Shown here in pieces: positions 35,476 through 44,954 of a stretch of 64,000 nucleotides of DNA (the first letter of the stretch is position 1; every line of letters begins with the position of its first letter). The notes beneath the pieces were generated by a model. That model worked only from the letters and a program-made list of their open reading frames with translations. It did no database searches and had not been told where the DNA came from. Location of the stretch: positions 20,153 to 84,152 of IMG/VR virus record IMGVR_UViG_3300029305_003710. One strand, given 5' to 3'. The translations under genes were made by a program, and so were the position numbers. Source of the stretch: a virus. Its lineage: Duplodnaviria; Caudoviricetes.

Positions 35476-36186
35476 GTGGACTTAACCCTTTATATCGAAC
35501 TGACGGGTAACACCGTTCTAGAAAGCCAACGAACTAGGTATGAAGCGATTATCGCTCGTGCCACTGCACAGCTAGAAAGTTTGCTGGGTTGGTCTTTCAC
35601 TCCCGAAGCTCTTTACCAAGAAAAGGGCAAGACGCAGAATGGCTGTGTCTGCCCAGATACACCACAATCTGACTTACTCCCTGCTGATGAGGTTAAAGGG
35701 ATTATCAAAGTCTTCCCCTACAACTGGAAAGATAAATTCCTGATGACCGACCCTTATACAGATGTATATAGTGCTAAATTAGTTAGGGTGTTAGATAACC
35801 GAGAATTTGTCACCTATAAGACTTTCGACCTAATTACTAAACAATATATGGCTAACGGAATCGGGAAGTATATTGAGAAGTGCAAAACTTGTTATTGTGA
35901 TTGCGATTGTAAGGATTGTGTCCAATTAGCTGTTGACGGCGAGTGGCTTAAAAAGAACGACGAATCTGGCTCTGAACAAGGATTGCCACTCGATTTGTTG
36001 TATCTCTTATGCGATATGGTAGACTACTATGCCGACCCTACTCATGACATTAAGTCTGAATCCGTAGATGGACATTCATGGTCTAAAGGTGATGTCAAAG
36101 CCCCTCACGAAACTGAAATGGCTCTGGCTATCCTCAAAAAGTATGCTGGGCCTTACGGGAGTATAGTTAGGATTCCGACGATATGA
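35476..36186 (+). CDS. Head-tail connector/adaptor
   Basis: Position after capsid; KSESVDGHSWS adaptor-type motif; Cys cluster. Confidence 0.65.
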   Translation: MDLTLYIELTGNTVLESQRTRYEAIIARATAQLESLLGWSFTPEALYQEKGKTQNGCVCPDTPQSDLLPADEVKGIIKVFPYNWKDKFLMTDPYTDVYSAKLVRVLDNREFVTYKTFDLITKQYMANGIGKYIEKCKTCYCDCDCKDCVQLAVDGEWLKKNDESGSEQGLPLDLLYLLCDMVDYYADPTHDIKSESVDGHSWSKGDVKAPHETEMALAILKKYAGPYGSIVRIPTI

Positions 36187-36563
36187 ACCGACTGCTAAAT
36201 TATCAAGACACCGTGAGACTGATACAAACCACTCAAAACGGTTGGGGAGATAATTCAATCGGTGTAGACATATTCGTCCCAGCCTTATTCCATGAGGGAA
36301 CATCTCAATCTCAATCAAGTTATGTAGAAAGAATTGCTTGCGACGCCCATGTCTACCTCGACCCCTCCAATGAGTTTATTCAAGCCAATGCTTTTAGGCT
36401 AGAGGGTATGTATATCGTGGCTAACTTATACGGGGGGATTGAAAGCGAAAGCTGGTATAAGATTTCCCGTGTAGTGGTTGGGCAACGAAAACTCCTCACC
36501 AACGAAATCAACAACGTCCACTGTTTTCTAACCAAGTGCGACGCTTTGGAGGAAGAGCCATGA
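36183..36563 (+). CDS. Head closure/stopper protein
   Basis: Synteny; beta-rich 126 aa. Confidence 0.5.
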   Translation: MNRLLNYQDTVRLIQTTQNGWGDNSIGVDIFVPALFHEGTSQSQSSYVERIACDAHVYLDPSNEFIQANAFRLEGMYIVANLYGGIESESWYKISRVVVGQRKLLTNEINNVHCFLTKCDALEEEP

Positions 36564-36922
36564 GTGTAACGATTGAGAACCATACGGCTTACATCAAGTC
36601 TAGTATTGAAAATAATGTGGATTTAGCCATCCGCTTAATGCTTGAGGACATCCACCGAGAATCTAACCCGATTACCCCTAAACGTCCTGCTCCAGTTGGC
36701 GGGACACTCCGCACGATGGTCTTAAAAGGGCTAGATGGCCCGCATAAAGGTTATATCGTCTGGAACGCTCCCTATGCGGAATATCAGGAACGTGGCTACA
36801 CAACTGGGCCTGTGACTCATTACTCGACTCCAGGGACTCATGCTCACTTCGCTGAAGAATCCGTTAAAAAAGTAGTAAATCGAAGTAGAGATTACTTCGT
36901 CCAAGCAGGAGTTATCAGATGA
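36560..36922 (+). CDS. HK97 gp10-like/minor capsid neck protein
   Basis: TP....GTLR, WNAPYAEYQERG motifs. Confidence 0.65.
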   Translation: MSVTIENHTAYIKSSIENNVDLAIRLMLEDIHRESNPITPKRPAPVGGTLRTMVLKGLDGPHKGYIVWNAPYAEYQERGYTTGPVTHYSTPGTHAHFAEESVKKVVNRSRDYFVQAGVIR

Positions 36923-37323
36923 GCGTGGCACAATCCTTCGTCAAATTACTCGAATCAAAAGGTTATGGTGTATTTGGGCAGAACATCTTTCTGTATCGTG
37001 TCCCTAACTCTTTAAAAACACAAACCGAGCTGTTTTACATTATCCCTAGCGGGGGCTCTATAACAAGAACTTATCCCACTGGCGCTAAAGTAAAACTCTA
37101 TCAGTTTTTAATCTACTTCCGCTCCAATAAGGCAGAAAGGGTCGATAAAGTCCTTTCTAGCATGGAAGAAGAATTAAACTGCTCTGGGTGTGTGAAATTA
37201 GAGGATTACGAGCTGGTCAGTATAAACACAAGTCAACTTCCGGCTGACCAAGACCTCGATTCGGAAAACCGCATGGTTGGACTTTTGCAGGTTCAACTAG
37301 AGGTATATAAGGCTTGTAATTAA
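36919..37323 (+). CDS. Tail terminator protein
   Basis: Synteny; YQFLIYFR segment. Confidence 0.55.
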   Translation: MSVAQSFVKLLESKGYGVFGQNIFLYRVPNSLKTQTELFYIIPSGGSITRTYPTGAKVKLYQFLIYFRSNKAERVDKVLSSMEEELNCSGCVKLEDYELVSINTSQLPADQDLDSENRMVGLLQVQLEVYKACN

Positions 37324-37347
37324 AAACTTAAACAAGGAAAAACTATA

Positions 37348-37866
37348 ATGGCAAAAGTTGTAAGAGGCCCTTGGACTTTGAAGTGGGGCGAAAATACGAT
37401 TACTGACGTAACCGAAATCGCCTTTAACTACGACCCAGCGACCAATGATTACGAAACCGTGCAGGGCGATACCTACCAATTTGAGGGGAACATTGCAAGT
37501 AGCGTAGACCTGACCTTGCTTGCGACGGACGTGGACGCTCTCCGTGTTCTCTTCCCGCAATACTATGTTGCGACTGGTGGAACTCTCTCTACTGGCGAGA
37601 CTGTTACGGCCGTAGATGGCGCTATCGACATCGTGGCCGCTTCTTGTGAATCGACCGATACGGTCTATCCGCTTGATGTCATCTCTTGTAATGGTGAAGT
37701 CACCCGCATTCCTAATGCGAAGACTGCTCTTTCGGGAATTGATATCGATGGGACTGGGGCTAAAACGGTTACGGTTAGTTTCCGCAAAATGCCTGGTGCT
37801 TCCGGCACGACCTATGGTGCTGTTCAAATGTTCGCAGAAAACGGCATCACTCCCGCAGAATCCTAA
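37348..37866 (+). CDS. Major tail (tube) protein
   Basis: Strong SD, position between connectors and chaperones, followed by a terminator. Confidence 0.7.
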   Translation: MAKVVRGPWTLKWGENTITDVTEIAFNYDPATNDYETVQGDTYQFEGNIASSVDLTLLATDVDALRVLFPQYYVATGGTLSTGETVTAVDGAIDIVAASCESTDTVYPLDVISCNGEVTRIPNAKTALSGIDIDGTGAKTVTVSFRKMPGASGTTYGAVQMFAENGITPAES

Positions 37867-37883
37867 ACTCTGCTACGAGGACA

Positions 37884-37908
37884 AAAGAGACCCTAAGGGG
37901 TCTCTTTT
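37884..37908 (+). terminator. Intrinsic terminator after the tail tube gene
   Basis: AAAGAGACCC-taa-GGGGTCTCTTTT. Confidence 0.65.
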
Positions 37909-37980
37909 GGTACGACAGAGAAAACTCCTCATTTTATATAATAGTAGTAGAAACAAACAAATCTTAAACAGGAGTACCCT

Positions 37981-38301
37981 ATGAGTACCAGAATCAACTT
38001 AAATGATAATGTCGAAGCTAGCTACCCCTTCACCATTGGTGGGGTCGATTTTGACTTGAAATATCCTACCCTTGAGGAACTAGAACCAATCCAAGCCATC
38101 AACGCAGAGCGGGAAAAAGCCCTAGCCGAGAAGGACGCAGAAAAAGTAGCAGAACTTGACGACAAACTTGAGAACACTTTTTACGGGTTTATTCAACCTG
38201 TTGACGGAGTGTCCGACATTCGAGATATTCTCAAGAAACAGTCCTTCCAAGTAGTCAAAGCTTTCAATAAGATGGTAACTACTCAACTGTCGGTTGACTA
38301 A
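37981..38301 (+). CDS. Tail assembly chaperone
   Basis: Synteny upstream of the tape measure gene. Confidence 0.55.
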   Translation: MSTRINLNDNVEASYPFTIGGVDFDLKYPTLEELEPIQAINAEREKALAEKDAEKVAELDDKLENTFYGFIQPVDGVSDIRDILKKQSFQVVKAFNKMVTTQLSVD

Positions 38302-38579
38302 TGGCTATTGTTAAAGCCAAGCCAATCCCAGGCAAAACACAAACAGGACAATCAAAAAGGGAGGTATATGCGGAGGTGGCGTATTACTATCCACAATACA
38401 CTCTACAAGAGGTGGCTAAACTTCCCGCAAGGGACGTAACGCTTTTGCTGAGAACTGCCAGACGCTTACAGGCGGTAGAGATGTATAACCTCGTACAGAT
38501 AGCGACTGCTCCTCATACGAAGAAAGGGCAGGGGGTCAAAAAGTTATCAGACCACTATAAGAAAGAATCCCAGCGATGA
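38301..38579 (+). CDS. Second tail assembly chaperone
   Basis: Synteny; helical 92 aa. Confidence 0.5.
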   Translation: MAIVKAKPIPGKTQTGQSKREVYAEVAYYYPQYTLQEVAKLPARDVTLLLRTARRLQAVEMYNLVQIATAPHTKKGQGVKKLSDHYKKESQR

Positions 38580-41500
38580 ATTTTGACGGCGGAACCGTAA
38601 GATATAACATTGAAGTAGACACGAGTAAATTTACCCGTGATTTGGACGCTCTTGATAAAGAGTTTGAGCGTTTGTCCACTAAATACGACGCCCTTTTTGA
38701 GAAGGGCATTATTGATGAAAAAGACATCAAGAAAATCGAAGAACTTAAACAGGAACTCGCCCTTTTAGGTAAGGTTATCGAGGAAGCCGAAGAAGGCTCT
38801 GACGAATACGAATACGCTCTCCAACAAGCTAACAAGGCGATGGATGAATTTGCCTCTACTTTAGGAGAAACTAGGGTCGCCGCCAAAGAAACCGTAGAGC
38901 CAATGGAGAGCCTTGGGAGTGCTATCTCTAGCCTTGCGGGGAAAGCTGGGCTATCTGCCCTCAAAGGGCTAGCGACTGGGGCTACGACTGCTCTAGTGGG
39001 GTTAGCCAAAAAAGGTATCAGTGCTACAAACTTCCTAGAAACTTCACAGACGGCGATGAGCGGTCTTTTGGGCTCAATGGAATTGGGGAGGCAGGCTATG
39101 GGGGTTGCCGCCGACTTCTGGTCTAACAATCCGTTTAACCGTTTTGACGTTACAGACGCTACTAAACAACTTGTTCAATATGGTAGGCAAGTCGGACAAC
39201 TCGGCGATGATTTGAAAATCCTCGGCAACGTGTCGCTATCTACTGGTGTGAGTATAGATGAGCTTGCTGTTAGATATGGTAGAGTAGCCTCCTCTGGTAG
39301 GGCGATGACGGAAGACATTGAGATTATGTCTAACCGTGGCGTGCCAATTTATCGAGAACTCGCCAAAGTATTGAACACTACTCAACAGGGCGTGCGTGAT
39401 TTTGCCTCTCAAGGCAAGATAGATTTTGAGACCTTTAGAAAGGCTATGGAAGGGGCGGTTGACCCTGAAGCCATGGAGAAATACGAGCAGACGCTTGACC
39501 GTGCCAAAGACAAGTTGAGCGGTTCTATCACTACCCTAGCAGGGGCACTCGCTGGCTACAAGATTGAAAATAGTCAAGTCGTTATCGCTAATGAAGGCTT
39601 GTATCGTTCGTGGATTAACCTACTCCGAGCTATCGCTGGGGATTCTAGCGAGGGGACAGGTCTAAGAAACCCCAAACTCCTTGAGGGCTTACAAAAGATA
39701 GGCGAAGCTATCGCCAAGGTGATTGACAAAATCGCTGACAACATTGAGCCTGTCTTTAATGTATTAGGCCAGATAGTCAACTTTATTGGCGACAACTCTG
39801 CTTTGATTATCCCTATCGCTGGAGTGGCTCTAAATGTTATATCGGGATTAGCCAGCAAAGTCCCTCTGTTAGGGAGCGTGTTTGGAAGCTTCGGCAAAAA
39901 CGTTTCCGGCATATTAGATATTGTCAAAAAGCTGTTGAAGTTTAAGCCTAGTGTATTAGGGTTTATCGCTGTGGTCGGGACGGCTCTAGTGTCCTTAATG
40001 TCCACAGACGACGAGTTTAAGCAATCGGTTGCGGAACTCTTTACTTCGCTAGGAAGTATCATTAAAGATTTACTCCCCGTCTTTCAAACTCTAGTCTCTG
40101 CTTTTCTGACGCTTGCTAAAAGCAGTGTGGTCACTGGTGCTTTGAAAATTATTGTCAATCTTGTCTCGCAACTCGCTTCCTTACTCGCAAGCGTGCCGTC
40201 TGAAGTTTTAATCAGTATCGTAACCGCTATTCTAGCTATCAAGGCTTCGAGTATTAGTCCTTGGCTGTTGTGGATTGCCGCTATCGGAGTGATAATCGAC
40301 ATTCTAAAAGACCTTGCCCCCAACTTCTACGAGGCGGCTCATAACGCAATTATTGGATTAGTAAACGGGTTTAATGAAGGAGTAAGAACCGTTGTAGAAA
40401 CGGCTAAAAATCTTGCCAAATCTGTCGTAAACGCCTTTAAGAGTGCTTTGGGGATTCACTCTCCTTCCACTGTGATGTATGGGGTAGGACAGAATGTAGG
40501 GATAGGTTTAGCTGACGGCATTACAGATTCCTCCTCCGTCGTTCAAAAAGCGATGGACAATCTCGCCAAAGATGTACTTTCTAAAGCAAATCAAGTTATA
40601 ACTAATCGTAAAGATTTTGGTTTAATTGATGCTAACGGAATGTATAAAGATTGGAAGAAAGTTGCCAATCTCTTTACCATTGGAAGCGAACAGTATGAAC
40701 AAGCCATCGAGAAGATGGAGGAAGCCCGCAAACAAGTCAACCTTGAGATTATCAGCCTACAAAATGAGTATAACTCCAAGCTAGATGAATCCATCAAAAA
40801 GATTAAGAGCTTTTATAATCTATTCGACGAGGTGTCTACTAAAGGTGGCAAGAACGCTCAACAGATTATCAAAAACCTAGATAAACAAGTTGCCCAAACC
40901 GCTGAATGGGCGGAAGCTCAAAAGATTATCTCGGGGCTTGACCTTGACCCACAATTCATCGAAGAACTCAAAGAGATGGGGGTGGATTCCGTCTCCGAAC
41001 TCTCCTCGATTGCTAACATGACAACTTCCGAGCTAGAGCAGATGAACACTCTCTGGCTCAAGAAACAAACCATCGCCACTGAAACCGCCACTTCTCAACT
41101 AGCCGACTACAAACAAGATGTCCTCGACCAAGTGGCTGAGCTCGCTGACGGAATTGACGGAGAAACCGTTTCGCTCACTGAAGAGGGTGGAAGATTAGTT
41201 TCCTCTATTAGTGAGGGAATCACTGGTGCTTTGCCTACCCTCGCGGGTTCTCTAGCCCAGATGAGCGACTATATCGCTGACGCTACTAAAAGCATGACTT
41301 CTAGTACGAGCGGATACACAGGCGGGTACGACACAGACACAGGTGGCGGGAACGAAACTGAAAACCTCTCTAACTTACTGGGTCTAGGGAACATTGAAGA
41401 AACCGCTAAAAAGTGGGTCTCCGAGAAACTCCATGTCCTTATTGGGATTATTGGAGGCGGGTTAGCCCTTAAACTCTTACCAGGGATTGCTTCTAAAATC

Positions 41501-44179
41501 AAATCTGCTGGTGGGATTTCCAAACTTTTATCTGGTTTATTCGGAGCAGGTAAAAGTGCTAAAGCTATCTCTACTGCTCTTGATGTAGGCTCTCATATTG
41601 ACTTATCAGGAATCAACAATCTTACAAGTGGGCTTTCTAAAACCAGTAAGGGTATGAGTAAACTTGATAAAGTCTACCTAGCTATCGCCAAAGGTGCAGT
41701 CATAATTGGGCTTATTGCTCTCGATATTATAGCTATCTCTTACTCGATTAAGAAGATGAACGAAAACCTTGAAGGGATTTCTTGGGAAGACTTTGGTTCT
41801 AAACTTGATATGATGGCTGCTGCGATTGCAGTCATGGCGGTACTTGACGGCATTATCGGTATCAAACCTATCGCCGCTGCTGTGGCAATCGGTGGAGCGG
41901 TTATGCTCGAGCTTGCTGCGGATATTGTGGCTGTATCGAATGCTATTATGGAGATGGACAAAGCCATCCCAAATAATGTGGATAGAATTAAACCAAAAAT
42001 CGGTCTTCTTGCTGAAACTATATTGTCATTCGAGGCTTTAACCGCTTTAGCGGGGGTTTTAGCGGCGTTTGAAAGTCTAGGAATCCTAGTTGTAGTCGGG
42101 ATTGCCAAAGAAATTGAAGAAGTAGCCGTGGCTCTATTCAAAGTTGATAAGTTTATCCCTAGCGATATTGACCGTGTGGGCAAAAAAGTCCAGTTCTTGG
42201 CTGACACAATTAGGTTTATCAACCGCGTGAATCTAGGCGAAGTTATAAATGCTATCGTAACCTCATGGAGTGTTAACCCCGTTAAAAAGGTTGCGGATAT
42301 GTATGCCGAAGTAGCATTTTACCTTGGACAGATTAACGGTATTAACATAAACTATCAGCACACCGCCGATAATATTGTGTTTATCAAAGACACGATTGCT
42401 TACTTGCAAACCCAGACCGATGCAATCACAGGAGCATTAAACGCCCTAAGAGAAGAAGCGGAAGCCGACACAACCGAACAAGCTGGCAGAATCCTCATTA
42501 TTTACGGGCAGGTAGTGGATTCTCTTAATAAGATTGCTTCCCTCGACGTAAAACAATCCGATATTGTCAAGGGCGTAACCAAGATTTCCGAATGCGTCGA
42601 AACAGTTGGGACTACTTTAAATAAGATTAGGTATGCCCATCTCGGCAACGCTGAAGAAAATGTTGAAGCCGTCAAGAACATTCTTGAAGATTTCGGCTCG
42701 CTACTCCCGACCTTTGAAGAACTCCTCAAAGAGGAAAACAAAGTCCAAGTCGACAAACTAAACTCCGTAGTTGACGATATGAATAAAGTCTTCTCCCATA
42801 TGAAGGACAAGTTGATGGGTATGGGCAGTTTTACGAACCGCGAAAAACACGTTGCCGCTGCCAAAGGGATTATCGAATCTTTTGAAGGGATTGCTCTCAC
42901 TGCAAAAAGCCTAGCGGACGACAAACATAAGTTTAGCCTCTCTGCTACCAACGCCGTTGTCGATGATATTTCCTCTGTCTTTGCGAAGATTAAGGAGAAG
43001 ATTAAAGTTGACGACAACATCAAGAAAAAGGGCATTACAGTCGGGCATTACCAATCTCTCATTAACAAATTTACGGAGATTACACAAGAATTTCAAAAAT
43101 GGGCGTCCTTTATCCCAGACGACGGTTTAAAGTCCTATGAAGCTAAAGTTGGAGATATGACCGACCTCTTGTGGGAGCTAGGGCAGATAAACACTTCTGA
43201 TGCTGACAACCTTTCCACGAAAGAGTGGGTAGTTGGCATGGCTACTAGCATTGCCAAAAAGTTCCTAGAGCTTACCACTGCTCTCGACCAAATCGGGGAC
43301 AAGAACTACGAACAAATTGTCGGCAATATGACCTCCGTAGTCACTCAACTAGTTAGCGGAATTACCACTGGGGCTTCTGACAAACTAGTTGAGGTGGAAG
43401 ATATTGGGGCACAACTTGGCAATCGTTTAAGAGATGGTCTGCTCTCTGTTCAAGATTCTCTAGTAGGAGTGGGGGCACAATTACAATCTGCTCTCTGGCA
43501 AGGTATTCAAGACAAATTTGCCGATGAATATCAACAAGGCGTTTATCTAGCCTACTCCTTGAGAGATGGGATTGTATCTGTTCTAGGGACTTTCCAAACC
43601 GTCGGTGGGCAAGTCCAGTCTAACTTCTGGCAAGGCGTTCAATCAAGATTCCAAGACGAGTATTACCAAGGTAGAGCTATGGGCGAGAGATTCCGCCAAG
43701 GACTATATGACATAGATTATGGAAATGCCGGTTGGTGGGCTGTACAAGGCTTTATAAACGGGGCTTGGGGGAGAGCTGGAAATGGTGATGGCGTTTATCA
43801 TACGGGTTGGTGGATTGCTAACAACTTCCTACAAGGCTTGAAAGACAGAGGTGGTCAAGGTTCTCCGTGGAAGACTACTATTCAATCTGGTAAATGGGCT
43901 GGCGAAGGTCTTATTGACGGGTTGAAGTCAATGGAATCCGAAGTCATTAATGAAGCCGAAGTTTTGGCTGACGGGATTGTTAACGCCCTAGACTTATCTG
44001 ACACTACTGTCACTCCAACACTAGATATGGCTACCCTCTCTCCGTCTAGCGGGTTTGAAGAAGAGTATGCTGTGGGGGGAGGAAGAAACATTGTCATCAA
44101 TCAGTCTAATGTAAATTACTCCGAGTATGATTACGAACAGTCGCTACGAGATTTGAGTTGGGCACTTTCAACAGTTTAA
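38576..44179 (+). CDS. Tape measure protein
   Basis: 1867 aa, Ala/Ile/Gly-rich amphipathic repeats, tape-measure N-domain (V.DAT.QL..YG), LGIHSPSTVM, GSPWK motifs. Confidence 0.92.
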   Translation: MNFDGGTVRYNIEVDTSKFTRDLDALDKEFERLSTKYDALFEKGIIDEKDIKKIEELKQELALLGKVIEEAEEGSDEYEYALQQANKAMDEFASTLGETRVAAKETVEPMESLGSAISSLAGKAGLSALKGLATGATTALVGLAKKGISATNFLETSQTAMSGLLGSMELGRQAMGVAADFWSNNPFNRFDVTDATKQLVQYGRQVGQLGDDLKILGNVSLSTGVSIDELAVRYGRVASSGRAMTEDIEIMSNRGVPIYRELAKVLNTTQQGVRDFASQGKIDFETFRKAMEGAVDPEAMEKYEQTLDRAKDKLSGSITTLAGALAGYKIENSQVVIANEGLYRSWINLLRAIAGDSSEGTGLRNPKLLEGLQKIGEAIAKVIDKIADNIEPVFNVLGQIVNFIGDNSALIIPIAGVALNVISGLASKVPLLGSVFGSFGKNVSGILDIVKKLLKFKPSVLGFIAVVGTALVSLMSTDDEFKQSVAELFTSLGSIIKDLLPVFQTLVSAFLTLAKSSVVTGALKIIVNLVSQLASLLASVPSEVLISIVTAILAIKASSISPWLLWIAAIGVIIDILKDLAPNFYEAAHNAIIGLVNGFNEGVRTVVETAKNLAKSVVNAFKSALGIHSPSTVMYGVGQNVGIGLADGITDSSSVVQKAMDNLAKDVLSKANQVITNRKDFGLIDANGMYKDWKKVANLFTIGSEQYEQAIEKMEEARKQVNLEIISLQNEYNSKLDESIKKIKSFYNLFDEVSTKGGKNAQQIIKNLDKQVAQTAEWAEAQKIISGLDLDPQFIEELKEMGVDSVSELSSIANMTTSELEQMNTLWLKKQTIATETATSQLADYKQDVLDQVAELADGIDGETVSLTEEGGRLVSSISEGITGALPTLAGSLAQMSDYIADATKSMTSSTSGYTGGYDTDTGGGNETENLSNLLGLGNIEETAKKWVSEKLHVLIGIIGGGLALKLLPGIASKIKSAGGISKLLSGLFGAGKSAKAISTALDVGSHIDLSGINNLTSGLSKTSKGMSKLDKVYLAIAKGAVIIGLIALDIIAISYSIKKMNENLEGISWEDFGSKLDMMAAAIAVMAVLDGIIGIKPIAAAVAIGGAVMLELAADIVAVSNAIMEMDKAIPNNVDRIKPKIGLLAETILSFEALTALAGVLAAFESLGILVVVGIAKEIEEVAVALFKVDKFIPSDIDRVGKKVQFLADTIRFINRVNLGEVINAIVTSWSVNPVKKVADMYAEVAFYLGQINGININYQHTADNIVFIKDTIAYLQTQTDAITGALNALREEAEADTTEQAGRILIIYGQVVDSLNKIASLDVKQSDIVKGVTKISECVETVGTTLNKIRYAHLGNAEENVEAVKNILEDFGSLLPTFEELLKEENKVQVDKLNSVVDDMNKVFSHMKDKLMGMGSFTNREKHVAAAKGIIESFEGIALTAKSLADDKHKFSLSATNAVVDDISSVFAKIKEKIKVDDNIKKKGITVGHYQSLINKFTEITQEFQKWASFIPDDGLKSYEAKVGDMTDLLWELGQINTSDADNLSTKEWVVGMATSIAKKFLELTTALDQIGDKNYEQIVGNMTSVVTQLVSGITTGASDKLVEVEDIGAQLGNRLRDGLLSVQDSLVGVGAQLQSALWQGIQDKFADEYQQGVYLAYSLRDGIVSVLGTFQTVGGQVQSNFWQGVQSRFQDEYYQGRAMGERFRQGLYDIDYGNAGWWAVQGFINGAWGRAGNGDGVYHTGWWIANNFLQGLKDRGGQGSPWKTTIQSGKWAGEGLIDGLKSMESEVINEAEVLADGIVNALDLSDTTVTPTLDMATLSPSSGFEEEYAVGGGRNIVINQSNVNYSEYDYEQSLRDLSWALSTV

Positions 44180-44189
44180 GGAATAAACT

Positions 44190-44954
44190 ATGAGAATAAG
44201 ATTATCAAGCGGAATTATATTTGGAGCGGGGAACTATCAGATACAGACCATAGATGGTTTAGAGACCCCTGCGATTAGGAACGGTAGTGCTGTTTATGCT
44301 GGGGCTGATGGTGGGTATATGATTAGCCAGTACTATGGGCATCGCACGATTACCATTAAAGGATTCTTTGGTGGGTGTGTTTCTGATTTAAGAAAAGAAT
44401 TACTCTCGAAGCTCTACATGAGATATTACACGGGGATTATCATTGAGGACTTTAACGGGGACTGTTGGTTCACTCAAGGTTATGTGACAGATATAAAATC
44501 AACGATTAAATCTCCTAAAGTTGGAGAATATCAGATTACCTTACTTTGTCCTGACCCTCTGCTTTACCCAGCCGAGAACTTCCTAGCCTCCTCCCCAGTA
44601 ACGATTACAGAAAATCTAACTGTCAATGGAGATACTACGATTTTGAGACACGGGGATTCGGACGCTTTCCCAGTGATTACCTTGATTGGAGAATTTACCA
44701 ATCCTGTTATCTCGATTGGGGACTACGCTTTCGGGCTTAATCTCACGACTGACAACACGAGTATAATCACAATAGACATGAAAAACCGCACTGTAAAAGC
44801 TGACGACGGGACTTCTTTAGCAGAATATAGACTAGTTGACTCTAGGTGGCTACACCTAGGGTTAGGAGCTAACACGATTACCATTGAAACAGAAAATAAC
44901 TCTGATACGGGGACAGCTAAATTAAACTATTCCGCAGGGTATAGGGGTATTTAA
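44190..44954 (+). CDS. Distal tail protein (Dit)
   Basis: Follows TMP; DGG......Y..R.ITI.G, L.CPDP..Y, I..G.N.I. Confidence 0.8.
   Translation: MRIRLSSGIIFGAGNYQIQTIDGLETPAIRNGSAVYAGADGGYMISQYYGHRTITIKGFFGGCVSDLRKELLSKLYMRYYTGIIIEDFNGDCWFTQGYVTDIKSTIKSPKVGEYQITLLCPDPLLYPAENFLASSPVTITENLTVNGDTTILRHGDSDAFPVITLIGEFTNPVISIGDYAFGLNLTTDNTSIITIDMKNRTVKADDGTSLAEYRLVDSRWLHLGLGANTITIETENNSDTGTAKLNYSAGYRGI

Noticed and set aside
38270-38310. Classical tail-chaperone G/GT programmed frameshift
   Set aside because: No clear slippery heptamer near the end of 37981-38301, and the second ORF has its own ATG overlapping the stop.
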